From contig OX597824.1 of NCBI GenBank assembly GCA_951406725.2, positions 18,786,001 to 18,850,000 of the forward strand: DNA of 64,000 nt, read 5' to 3'. This document shows, in pieces, positions 13,496 to 25,841 of this stretch (position 1 is its first letter; each line of letters begins with the position of its first letter). This DNA is from Octopus vulgaris. Its lineage: Eukaryota. The translations under genes and the position numbers were made by a program. The notes under the pieces were generated by a model. It was not told where the DNA came from. It was given only the letters and a program-made list of their open reading frames with translations, and made no database searches.

Positions 13496-14006
13496 TCTAT
13501 ATATATAAAACTGTAGTTGTGTGAGTGTCTGTCCCCTTCGATTTAGATTCCTAACTACTCCCACATTTTGCGGTGCAGTTTAACCAAATTCGGGTATCTT
13601 ATAGTCGTGATTCATATCGAGCCCGTCTGAGTATTAGCGCGCGTCTACGATGAGTCTACGATTTTAAAAATAATTTAACATCATTTTTTATTCCATTTTA
13701 ATGCATAATTTTTCGTGTGTCGATGGCGGCGGAGTTGGCGTCCATGGTCACACCTGCACCTGTTTGCTTCTCCCCCTTCTTCCCTCCCTCGTGAAGCTGT
13801 GAGGAAGGGAGTGTAAGGAAATCAACGTCGTAAAGCGTTGTCAAGGAGACCAGCGTTCTTTTAGAACAACGACTTCATGGCTTGAAGACACCAAAACAGA
13901 AATGGCTAAGAAAGCCCGAATTGGCATCTATAAGGGAAGTAACTCTCTAAAATGCTTATATAGTTATTTCCCTTACAAACCCGAGCAACGCCGGGCGATA
14001 CTGCTA

Positions 14007-14007
<1 letters not shown>
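13496..14007 (+). mobile_element. Non-autonomous Helitron
   Basis: A|TC 5' end (TCTATATATATAAAA), subterminal hairpin CCCGAGCAACGCCGGG, 3' CTAG|T, no TSD. Confidence 0.9.
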
Positions 14008-14055
<48 letters not shown>

Positions 14056-14698
14056 TTCTTTTACGTCACGCTGAAGACTGGCGTTTAGTTACGCTCTACT
14101 TTCTTCAATGCTGTTATCATGTAAGCAGATGTCGGACTTCCTTTCTCTTTTTTCTCTCTTTCTCTCTTCCCCCTCTCTCACTCACACTCACGTTCTTTCT
14201 CTCTTTCGCACTTTCATCACTTTCCTCCTTAACAATAGTCTTCATTTGCCGACTAAGTGAAATGCGTATAATTGAAAAACCTACACAAAGTATACACGAT
14301 GCGCGCAGAAATCAAATACAATTACGATTAAACATGAAACGGAATAAAATTACACATAATTCCCTTACATAATTAATGTTGATCTTCAGCTAATTTGCAT
14401 TTTATTTGTTGCTTCATGGATATGAATATGGCATTTGTTGCGGCGAAATATCAGCTGTTGTCTATATACACACACACACACGCGCGCGTATATTTGAATG
14501 AGTATTTTTATCTGCCCATTCATATAGGTTGTGTATTAGTATATATGCATGTGGGTGTGTATACATCGTACATGTGAGTGCATGTGGATATTATGCATAT
14601 CTCAGGACAGATCTAATTATTAAATTTGTTAAAAAAAAATTATTTTAGCCATTGCGACTTGGCCTTGAAGCTGGAAACAATAATTAAACCTCACCATC

Positions 14699-14808
<110 letters not shown>

Positions 14809-14810
14809 AT

Positions 14811-15370
14811 AAATGCCTTGATGCAGTACCAGGCAGTGGCTCCCGTGGCTTCTGATCTTAACTGATTGCAAGTGTTATCATGTACATTGTTTTGTCTTGG
14901 TATAAAAGATGGGCTACAGCAAATATTCTGCGCAATACAACAGATTTGCTTGTCAGTTGCTAACCAGTTGATCTTAACCAGTTGAGCATGTCCCTTGGTG
15001 GCTCATGATACGTGCATCTCTGATCATGAGCAGAAGTAGTGGGAGAGCATCATAGCCGTGTGTTGAATGGATTTATTGGAGGTTTGGATAATTCACCTCT
15101 GGAAACATAGGTGGTTCATTCAACATCCTTAAACAACCCTTATTCAGGGACCTTTTGAGCGGGATGGGATACTCGACCAGAAGGAAATTCTAACTGCGCC
15201 CCCCACCTGCAAGGTCATGCGCTGTTTATCTTGATATGAGATCACCATGTCGCGCACATATGGTTGTGATGCATGTGCCTGGTGTACCCTTATCAGACGG
15301 GTAGTCTGATACTGGGCTTCGTATATTTTATCCCAGGGTCACTTTGATGGCATGCACTGCTCTCTCACTC
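14811..15370 (+). mobile_element. ~560-bp non-coding element in (AAT)n, putative non-autonomous retroelement
   Basis: Reverse complement of copies at 20746, 21397 and 52606; flanked by AAT/GTA repeats. Confidence 0.9.
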
Positions 15371-15817
15371 AATAATAATAATAATAATGATATTGAAGTA
15401 TGCTTATAAGGAAAATTTGTCTATTGTTTTCGCAATAGACTTTAGCATTGACGAAGCAGGTTTTCCAGACGGATGTGATGTAATTCGAAACCACCCTAAC
15501 TTCACGCAAACTTATTGGTTTTGCGATTTTGTATTGGGTCACTGCCTTGAATTACTATTGTTTTTTTGGGGGTTTTTTGTAATCTATTTGTGGGGTGGGG
15601 GTTCGTTTTTTATTGTTAACTGACCCGTGACTGTAAGGTGTTGTTTTTGAATAATTTGTGTAATAGAGCAACTAACTTTTAAAGTTACACTTGCACGTCA
15701 CATAGACACATTCTCTTTCACAATCTCGCTCACGCACACGAATATATATCTTGTATAGACACGCACACATGCATTGGCATACTCACACATGTCACATACA
15801 TATACTTTCCTACATAT

Positions 15818-16234
15818 TCATTTCTTTACTGCCCACAAGGGGCTATACACAGGGAGGACAAACAAGAACAGACAAACGGATTAAGTCGATTATATCGACC
15901 CCAGTGCGTTACTGGTACTTATTTAATCGACCCCGAAAGGATGAAAGGCAAAGTCGACCTCGGCGGAATTTGAACTCAGAACGTAGCGGCAGACGAAATA
16001 CATATTTCTTTACTACCCACAAGAGGCTAAACACAGAGAGGACAAACAAGGACAGACAAAGGGATTAAGTCGATTATATCGACACCAGTGCGTAACTGGT
16101 ACTTATTTAATCGACTCCGAAAGGATGAAAGGCAAAGTCGACCTCGGCGGAATTTAAACTCAGAACGTAACGGCGGACGAAATACCGCTAAGCATTTTGC
16201 GTGACGTGCTAACGATTCTGCCAGCCCGCCGCCT
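15818..16234 (-). mobile_element. SINE family A dimer with TSD
   Basis: Two cores; TTCCTACATATT duplicated on both flanks. Confidence 0.93.
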
Positions 16235-16799
16235 TATACATTCCTACATATTAACACACTTGCAAGTATTCTGGCTCTGGCACACACAGCATACATGCTA
16301 ACAATCTCCCAAACATAGCCCTGCCCATATATATACATGAAGCTACATACTCGCATACACAAATCGCACAAACTAGAAGTGACTGAAACACTTTTTCAGA
16401 TCTACCCTATAACGGGTTTTCCATTTTTGAGTTCAAATTTTGGCGATGTTGTTGAAATAAATATTAATGATACATACAATCAGTAAAATCTACTACATCC
16501 CCCTTATTTCACAAACATTTTCTCACCCTATAACTGTCAGAAATCAGTTTTAAAGTACCAAAATTGTTGGCACTAGTAGAATGTTGTGGGGAAACTAAGC
16601 CCAAATCGTCGCAGACTGAGTAGATTTATAGGAGAGACATAGTTATTTTGCTACAATGGATAGAATGACTTACCAAATATTAACATACCCTCATTGTTTA
16701 AACATAATGTAACCAGAATAACAAAACTCAATATATGGCTCCACTTTTAAAACAGTGTAACAAGGAATTGTAAGCGGTTATTTCTAGCAATATTGGCAA

Positions 16800-17025
16800 C
16801 ATTATTTACATTATTTACATTTGACGGATATTTGTCCTCATCTTGATTGCTATTGACACGTTTCGGCAGATATACCCTCCAGCCTTCTTCGGGTGTCTTG
16901 GGGAAATTTGGAACCTCGGTTCTCATTCCTAAGGTATTTTTCGATATTATTATTATTAATATTATTATTATTATTATTACTATTATTATTATTATTATTA
17001 TTGTTATTATTATTATTATTATTAC

Positions 17026-17104
<79 letters not shown>
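16800..17104 (-). mobile_element. 3' body of hammerhead-SINE (family H2) plus (AAT)n
   Basis: Reverse complement of the 53402-53545 body; degenerate hammerhead 16855-16897; tail (TGTAAATAA)2. Confidence 0.85.
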
Positions 17105-17107
<3 letters not shown>

Positions 17108-17610
17108 TAGTTTTATTTTTATAGCGTGCTTTCACTTCACTACCGAGCGCAGCTCTGTGTGCCTTGGGTTTGTGCTGTGATTTGTTGTGATGCTCTGATG
17201 GTTACTGTATGGAAAGTGTTTTGCGTAGGATGTGTGCAGTGCCTAGTAGTGCAATTTTCTGTATGTTATATGTGTTTGTAAGTCCTGGTGTTTTTGTTAT
17301 GTATTTGTCTGAATATTTTTTATCATGCCTAATGCACCTACTATGATAGGAATTGTTTCTGTTTTTAGATTCCACATTCTGGTTACCTCTGTTTCCAGGT
17401 CTTTGTATTTTGAAAGTTTCTCCATTTCTTTTAGAGACACGTTGTCATCTGCCGGTATTGATACATCAATTAGAAAGTATTTTTTCTTCATGATCTCTGA
17501 CAACTATATCTGGTCTGTTGGCCTTAATTTCTCTATCTGTGTGTATCGGCATATCCCAGAGTATGGTTGCTTTCTCGTTTTCTGTGACCTTTTCTGGTGT
17601 GTGCCTATAC
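17105..17610 (-). mobile_element. R4/Dong-type non-LTR retrotransposon 3' fragment (restriction-like endonuclease) in (TAA)n
   Basis: ILWDMPIHTDREIKANRPDIVV..LIDVSIP..EKLSKYKDL..IPIIVGALG..QKIALLGTAHILRK plus 3' UTR; AAT repeats on both sides. Confidence 0.9.
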
Positions 17611-17611
17611 A

Positions 17612-17682
<71 letters not shown>

Positions 17683-17696
17683 TACGCCATACGCCA

Positions 17697-17830
17697 GTAG
17701 GCGTAGTGGTTAAGAGCGCGGGCTACTAGCCCCAAGATTCCTAGTTCGATTCCAAGCTGTGACCTGAATACTAATAATAATAACAATAATAATAACATCG
17801 AAAAATAGTTTAGGAATGAGAACCCAGGTC
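17697..17830 (+). mobile_element. Hammerhead-SINE (H2) head plus (AAT)n, 3' truncated
   Basis: A box GGCGTAGTGG, B box GTTCGATTCC (17744), then AAT run and AACATCGAAAAATA..TAGGAATGAGAACCCAGG. Confidence 0.85.
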
Positions 17831-19185
17831 TATCTGTCTGTCTTTGTGTTTGTCTCTGATTCTTGTTCACCCCAATCATTCACACACACATATACATGTA
17901 TGTATGTATGTATGTATGTTTTGGATATATGTGTATATGTATTATATACATACCTATCGGAAATACACATTTCTGGACGCACACGCACACACACACACAT
18001 ACACACACACACGCAGACACACACAACCTGACTGGCCTTGCGTCCCGAGACAGTCTTACACTTAATTCAGCCGCAAATTGACCGACTTCAAGGAGGAATT
18101 CTCGGGTGGAATAAATTGAGTTCACCTTGCCGGGAAACGAACTTGTTTTGCAAGCACAGTTCGCCAAAATTCTACAACCGTTCAGTAGCTGCCAGAACTC
18201 CTCGCTAAATAGTACATTATTAAGAACCATTAAATATTACTAAACATGTATATTATTATAGTTTGTTATGATATCAAAAGGTTCTGTTTTGCTTCTTGTT
18301 GTAGTTTTTCTGCTTCGTTTTTCTCGCTTACATTTCTCTCATTAATGTCGATGATGTATCACCTTTATTTTATTAATGCTTTAAAATATTTTAATATTTG
18401 ATCAAACAAAACCATATGTGATTTTTTAATGCATATATATGTGTATGTGTGTGTATATGTGTGTGTATCTTTGTGTGTTTGTATCTATAATATATATGCA
18501 TATATATATATATTCACATACATAGGTATACATATATTATATATTATACAAGATATATGTATGTGTATATGTCTTTGTGCGTGTATATTTTAAATTTATA
18601 CCGCTTTTGGTTTATCGTGAAAAATTGTATAAAGAACGAACATAATTTTTACGGTAAAATAAACGATTTATGTACAATAGCAAGCGATTAAAAAAAAATT
18701 GTAGTGGAATTCAGTCAATTAATGATCATTTGTGACATTAATGTGTCTTCTAACTTTATTTAAATTGCTATTGATTTCGTATAGTATTTGAAATTTGTCT
18801 GTATTCTGTACGAATTTGCATTTTTCGTACTTTACAAAACAGAATTTGTAACATTTTAATTTCTATAATCACAGATCTAAAGCAAGATATATATTTTTTC
18901 TACATTTCCAATTGTATATTAACATTCTCATATACGAGGAGACATAACTTCTGGCTGTCTGACTGTTTGTCTGTCTGTCTATCTGTCTGTCTTTGTGTTT
19001 GTCTCTGCTTTTCATTCACCCCCTACCATTCACACACATACCTATATATGAATGTATGTATGTTTTGGATATGTGTGTATATGTATTATATATGTACCTA
19101 TCACAAATACACATACATGTACTTCTCCCAATATATTTGTATATATCGTTATACATACAAATGTATGTTATATATATATATATAT

Positions 19186-19229
<44 letters not shown>

Positions 19230-19580
19230 TTACATATACACATGTATAATGTATGTATGTGTTTAGAGTCAATATACTGTTTTATTTTATGGTGGCAGAT
19301 ACTGGAAAATTTGAGGTTTTATAATTGCGTAAACATAAACAAACCAGCGCCAGACTAAATGTTTCACATTATTTAGAATTAAGCAGTAGTTTACTGCACC
19401 CGTTCATTGAATTAGTCTTAATGAGAAGCATCATAAACGGTTTTATTTTGAGGGCGCTTTGCTGTCGATGCCTGACGTGCTAGAGATAGCAGTGAGTGTT
19501 ACTAAAGAAAATAGGTTAGGTCGGCCCGGGTGCGTAATGGCTGAAAAAGACAAGAGAGGGTCTTAGTATAAGCACCTTAG

Positions 19581-19838
19581 ATCACAAGTGTACACAATCA
19601 CGGCTGACGCAGGGTCTGACACAACTACTACCACTACAATCACCTTTACCAACTACAATAGCCACCACGACCACCACCATCATAAACAGCAGCAGCAGCA
19701 GCAGCAGCAGCCGTTCAGGAATTTGGACCTGGAGATCTCCATTTCCAGCGACTTCGAGGGCCACCTCCCAGTGGTGTCGGGCGTCAACGAAGAGCCCTCG
19801 ACTACAAGACGACCAAAGTTTTCTTTTTTTTTTCTAAG
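19581..19838 (+). other. GC-rich exon-like unique segment (poly-T/H/Q then PFRNLDLEISISSDFEGHLPVVSGVNEE)
   Basis: Open frame with strong GC3 codon bias 19710-19800; splice sites weak; no recognised family. Confidence 0.3.
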
Positions 19839-20025
19839 GTTTGGGGTCACCCGCCCTAAGCCCTAGACCATCACCTAATCACCTTTACCCGTTTTTTTGC
19901 TTAAAAACAACAACAACAACAACAACAACAACAATAAACAGCAGCAACAGCAACAACAAAAACATATTCTGTCTAGCAAAACAAACTGTAAAAGATAATT
20001 TACAAGTTATTTTTCTCCATAAATA

Positions 20026-20115
20026 GGCGCAGGCGTGGCTGTGTGGTAAGAAGCTTGCTTCCTAACCACATGGTTCCGGGTTCAGTCCCACTTGGGGGCA
20101 AGTGTCTTCAACTAT
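20026..20115 (+). mobile_element. SINE family B head fragment
   Basis: GGCGCAGGCGTGGCTGTGTGGTAAG..GGTTCAGTCCCA. Confidence 0.85.
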
Positions 20116-20161
20116 ATATATGGCACAGATTTCTATATTTTACACAAACGAATACTGTGTA

Positions 20162-20372
20162 AGGTGGCGAGCTGACAGAATCATTAGCGCAGCAGACAAA
20201 ATGTTTAGCAGCATTTCGTCAGTCTTAATGTCCTGAGTTCAAATTCCACCGACGTCGACTTTGCCTTGCATCCTTTCGGAATCGATAAAATAAGTACCAG
20301 TTTAACACTGGAGTCGATGTAAGTGACTTACCTCCTCCCCAGAAATTTCAGGCCATGTGACTATAGTAGAAA
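20162..20372 (+). mobile_element. SINE family A (older copy)
   Basis: AGGTGGCGAGCTGACAGAATC head, GAGTTCAAATTCC B box, core motif. Confidence 0.85.
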
Positions 20373-20603
20373 TTATTATCATTGTTATTATTATTATTAT
20401 TATTACTATTATTATTATTATTATTATTATTATTATCATTATTATTTTCCTCTTCTTTCAAATTTGCTTCCATTTCTTGCCGAGTGTCTTCCCAACTCCT
20501 AGGGCAAATAAACTCATAGTATACATTGGTAGGCCATGAAACTAAACTCAATAGTTCGTTCATTTTTTTTTTAAAGTTAAATTAAAATACATGGGTAGTA
20601 ATA

Positions 20604-20685
<82 letters not shown>

Positions 20686-20704
20686 GTTATTATTAATATT
20701 ATTA

Positions 20705-20745
<41 letters not shown>

Positions 20746-21299
20746 GAGTGAGAAAGCAATGTATGCCCTCAAAGTGACACTGGGGTAAAATGTACCAAGC
20801 CCAGTATACCCATTATGACTACCCGTCTGATAAGGGTACACTAGGCACATGCATCACAACCATATGTGCGCGACATGGTGATCTCATATCAAGATAAACA
20901 GCACATGACCTTGCAGGTGGGGCCCAGTTAGAATTTTCTTCTGGTTGAGTAACCCATCCCGTTCAAAAGGTCCCTGAATACGGGTTGTTTAAGGATGTTG
21001 AACGAAACACCCATGTTTCCAGAGGTGAATTATCCAAACCTCAAAGAAATCCTCAAAACACATGAATATGATGCTCTCCCACTACTTCTGCTCGTGATCA
21101 GAGATGCTCATATTGTCAGCCACTAATGGACATGGTCAACTGGTTATGGTCAAACAACTGACAAGGAAATCTGTGGTATTGAGCAGAATATTTGCTGTAG
21201 CCCATCTTTTATGCCAAGACAGAACAATGTACATGATAACACTTCTAATCAGTTGAGATGAGAAGCCACGAGAGCCACTATCTGGTACTGCATCAGGGC

Positions 21300-21303
<4 letters not shown>
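20746..21303 (-). mobile_element. 560-bp (AAT)n-associated element
   Basis: Full-length copy flanked by TTA repeats. Confidence 0.92.
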
Positions 21304-21342
<39 letters not shown>

Positions 21343-21361
21343 ATTATTATTATTATCGCCA

Positions 21362-21396
<35 letters not shown>

Positions 21397-21933
21397 GAGT
21401 GAGAGAGCAGTTCATGCCATCAAAGTGACACTGGGGTAAAATATACGAAGCCCAATATACCCATCATGACTACCCGTCTGATAAAGGTACACCAGGCACA
21501 TGCATCACAACCATATGTGCGCGACATGGTGATCTCATATCAAGATAAACAGCACATGACCTTGCAGGTGGGGCCCAGTTAGAATTTTCTTCAGGTTGAG
21601 TAGCCCATCCCGCTCAAAAGGTCCCTGAATAAGGGTTGCTTAAGGATGTTGAAAGAACCACCCATGTTTCCAGAGATGAACTATTAAAACCCCAAAGAAT
21701 CCCTCTCAACACATGGTTATGATGCTCCCCCACTACTTCTGCTCGTGATCAGAGATGCACATATCGTCAGCCACTAAGGGACATGCTCAACTGGTTATGG
21801 TCAAACAACTGACAAGCAAATCTGTGGTATTGAGCAGAATATTTGCTGTAGCCCATCTTTTATACCAAGACAAAACAACGTACATGATATCACTTCCAAT
21901 CAGTTAAGATCAGAAGCCATGAGAGCCACTGCC

Positions 21934-21934
<1 letters not shown>
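21397..21934 (-). mobile_element. 560-bp (AAT)n-associated element lacking ~20 bp of one end
   Basis: Second copy in the same microsatellite, diverged from its neighbour. Confidence 0.92.
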
Positions 21935-22003
<69 letters not shown>

Positions 22004-22014
22004 CATTATTATTA

Positions 22015-22087
<73 letters not shown>

Positions 22088-22137
22088 CATTATTATTATT
22101 ATTGTTATTATTATTATCATCATCATCATCATCATCA

Positions 22138-22178
<41 letters not shown>

Positions 22179-22206
22179 ATTATTATTATTCATATTATTA
22201 TTATTA

Positions 22207-22420
22207 AGGCGGAGAGGTGAAAGAATCTGTAGCGCGCCGGAAGAAATGCTTACCAGCATTTCGTCCCTCTTAATGTTCTGATTTCAAATCCCACCGAGGC
22301 CAGCTTTGTCCTTCATCCTTTCAGGGTCAATAAGATAAGTACCAGTTGGACACTGCCCTCGATGTCATTGCCTTGCTTCCTCCTCCGAACTTGCTGGCTT
22401 TGTCTCAAAATCCGAAACCA
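22207..22420 (+). mobile_element. SINE family A (degenerate)
   Basis: Head and CTTCATCCTTTCAGGGTCAATAAGATAAGTACCAG core. Confidence 0.75.
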
Positions 22421-23395
22421 ATATGGAAACCGTGTTTCGTATTTGTCTCTACATCATCTGCATAACATTGTAATACGTGAAATATTTCACAATATTATAA
22501 ACATGACATTATAATGTGTTTTATTTTTTGCTACATTATAACCATAGTACTTTGATGTGTTATAACTTTCATTTAATTCTCAATGCGATAGCTTATTGTG
22601 TGATATCTTTCATTAGATTTTGAATACGATGCTACCTTATCAACTCATATCACAGCTGCTAGGCGAACATTGCGGTCTTTATGTAGTCTCTTGTCTTGCT
22701 TAAAATGCTAAGAAAATTTACCTCAAACTCTACGCTATCGTATAAAAAAGCAGGATGGACGACTTGCTTTTAATCATCATAGATTCCTCAATCAAATGTG
22801 GCCTAGATCTGTAAAACAAATACTTACTGTTAGAATGCAGACATTGAATTATTGTCAGTTTGTCCAGGTATGTATTCATGTAGAACTCAAACGCATTCAT
22901 CCAAGAATGTGGGAATACACATACATACAAGGAAATTCAATATTATTCACGCACACACGTGTGATGGGATTCATCTTTAAACAGACGTCTGTACACGTAT
23001 AATAAGCATTTATTCCAACCTGCCAGTTGGCATACGTTGCTACGCTTCGTACAGACGTATACACGCGTACAAAGACAGACTCATCCATGCATGCGAGCCC
23101 TTATGTACTTATGTATTTGTGTGGTACGTGCGTAGGTGTGTGTTTGTTTTGTGTGCGTTTGTGTCTCGTTGGTAGATAGGGATCAAGAAACGAAGTACCC
23201 GTTGCTAACAAAGAGTGCAATTGTTTATTTAGACAGGTCTAGTGATCTATTACTCTGGAGTATCCACAGAAATAGAAAAGAAATTGGTAACGCCATCTTA
23301 ATAGTATTTGTAGAAATAAGAAGATTATCAACAGCGAGCAACGTAAACAATATCAGCAAAATATGTTCGCTATCGTTGTTAATCACTGAGAGATA

Positions 23396-24177
23396 GCTGG
23401 TAGCTAGCAGAATCGTTAGCACGCCGGGCGAAATGTTCAGCAGTATTTCGTCTGTCATTGCGTTCTGAGTTCAAATTCCGCCGAGGTCGATTTTGCTTTC
23501 ATCTTTTCGGGCTCGATAAATTATGTACCAGTTACGCACTGGGTCGATATAATCGACTTGATCCCTTTTTCTGTCCTTGTGTGTCCTCTCTGTGTTTAGC
23601 CCTTTGTGAGTAGTAAAGAAATAGGTATTTCGTCCTCCGTTACGTTCTGAGTTCAAATTCTGCCGAGTTCGATTCTGCTTTCATCCTTTCGGGGTCGATT
23701 AAATAAGTACCAGTTACGCACTGGGGTTGATGTAATTGACTTAATCCGTTTGTCTGTCCTTGTTTGTCCTCTCTGTGTTTAGCCCCTTGTGGGCAGTAAA
23801 GAAATAGGTATTTCGTCTGCCACTACGTTCTGAGTTCAAATTCCGCCAAGGTCGACTTTGCATATCATCCTTTCGGGGTCGATAAATTAAGTACCAGCTA
23901 CGCACTGGGGTAGATGTAATCGGCTTAATCCGTTTGTCTGTCCTTGCTTGTCCCCTCTGTGTTTAGCCCCTTGTGGGTAGTAAAGAAATAGGTATTTCGT
24001 CTGCCACTACGTTCTAAGTTCAAATTTCCGCCGAGGTCGACTTTGCCTTTCATCCTTTCGGGATCGATAAATTAAGTACCAGTTAAGCACTGGGGTCGAT
24101 GTAATCGACTTAATCCCTTTGTTTGTCCTTGTTTGTCCTCTCTGTGTTTATCCCCTTGTGGGTATTAAAGAAATAGG
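23396..24177 (+). mobile_element. SINE family A tandem tetramer
   Basis: One headed unit plus three headless ~183-bp units joined by AAAGAAATAG|GTATTTCGTC. Confidence 0.95.
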
Positions 24178-24184
24178 ATATGAA

Positions 24185-24280
24185 CGAGTTTCCGAAATGG
24201 GCTTTGGATGAGTTGTGTTACAAGCAAGAGTACCTCTTTCCTCGAAAACGGAAAGCAACATGCCTGCATTTTGCAAACAT
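24185..24280 (+). pseudogene. Possible Tc1-like transposase remnant
   Basis: EMGFG..RVPL then (frameshift) KATCLHFA resembles Tc1 MGF.SRRP.RVPLL..K.RL.WA. Confidence 0.35.
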
Positions 24281-24678
24281 GAGATATGTCACTCTTGTTA
24301 GCATACAGAAACTATCCTTATTGTGTGCCGCAGAAATAAAAGTTAAAAATAGCCCTGATCGATGTGTGGCAGAATGTGAACTCCCTCGAATGAATGATTG
24401 TACCTGTAAGTATATGCCAGGGCTGCAGGACTGTGAAGAACTCGAAAACTCAGTCGAAGTTTAAGTTCTACATGCTATGCCACAGCTTACCTCTCCAGTT
24501 CGAAAGTACAAGAAAAGTGAGGCTCATTACTTTGGAACTGATACACACCCTTCGCATTTTGTGATTTTAGCTGCATAGCGTAGGTTAAAATTCAGCGCAG
24601 AAGTGATTCACAGCAAAAATTTGTATGGCCGGAGTTAACATACTCTTCCAAGTACTAATGAGCCTAAGGATCATAGTG

Positions 24679-25113
24679 GGATCTTTTCGGTTTGACCGGC
24701 AACTTTTAAAAATAATTTCCACGTAACTAAACACTTTTAAACTTCGTATACTGGTAGAATGTGTTTATAAAACATCTTTTTCTTTTGGCTTTATTGAGAA
24801 AATTCTATAGTTTGTAAGATATTTGTTGTTGTTTTTTTTCTTCATCTTCTGCAATTTCAATCTATCAATGATGTCTATTGAGGTGCAAACATTCTGTGCC
24901 ATATGAATATGTCCCTCGTTTAAGAAACAGATTGGGTTTATTTACATTTGTGAAGAAAAAAAGAAACACTTCCCCCCACCCCTAACCCTAACCCTAACTA
25001 TAACTAACCCTAAAACAGATTGAAATGCAATAGATCGATACTAGGGTCATAATTATGGGTGACAATTTCATATGACACCGCTAGAAAAACTGCCGGTCAA
25101 ACTGAAAAGATCC
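24679..25113. mobile_element. ~435-bp non-autonomous DNA transposon, GG..CC termini, internal CCCTAA repeats
   Basis: TIR GGATCTTTTCGGTTTGACCGGCA / TGCCGGTCAAACTGAAAAGATCC; second copy at 42347. Confidence 0.88.
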
Positions 25114-25189
25114 TCAGATTGGTGCTTCATTGAGGAAGCTAAAAAGACGCCAATCAAGCTACTGACGTAGGGTAGAAGGTCTAGGGTGA

Positions 25190-25422
25190 AGGCGGCGAGC
25201 TGGCAGACACGTTAGCGCACCGGGTGGAATACTTAGCAGTATTTCGTCTGTCGTTACGTTCTGAGTTCAAATTCCGCCGAGGTCGACTTTGCCTTTCATC
25301 CTTTCGGGGTCGATAAATTAAGTACCAGTTACGCACTGGAGTCGATGTAATCGACTTAATACCTATGTCTGTCCTTGTTTGTCCCCTCTGTGTTTAGCCC
25401 CTTGTGGGTAATAAAGAAATAG
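25190..25422 (+). mobile_element. SINE family A, full length
   Basis: Complete unit; GGTAGAAGGTCTA repeated on both flanks. Confidence 0.95.
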
Positions 25423-25754
25423 GTAGAAGGTCTATTTGCTACATGTGTAAAAGCAGGAACCACCTGAGAGATTGCTTCTAAGAAGGAAAAAAAGCAACAA
25501 AAATACAAGACAGAAGGAGGAAGATGGCACCAAACACCAATAAAGGCACCCGCAATAACCCAAAAAAAAAAAGATCTTAAAATGCAAACAGCAAAGAGAA
25601 AATGAGCACGTGCTGTTCTTGCCACTGTTTTCATTATAAGATTGGTCGCTGCTCCGTTGGCTGGCTGGCTGGAGGAAAAGTAGAAAGAGTCGCCATATAA
25701 TCACCACTATCAACATTAGTGTCTACGTAGCGTATCTCTGTATGCGCGTGTGTA

Positions 25755-25841
<87 letters not shown>

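Noticed and set aside
15120-15205. HDV-like ribozyme in the 560-bp element
   Set aside because: A P1-like pairing (CATCCT/GGGATG) exists but I could not build P3 or a G-start P1; needs a proper motif search
17697-17766. tRNA genes here and at 10963, 13180-13254, 43590 and 48610-48676
   Set aside because: A/B boxes are present but there is no convincing acceptor stem, and each continues into a repeated SINE body
24979-25012. Telomeric repeat
   Set aside because: Only 2-4 CCCTAA units, internal to a dispersed transposon
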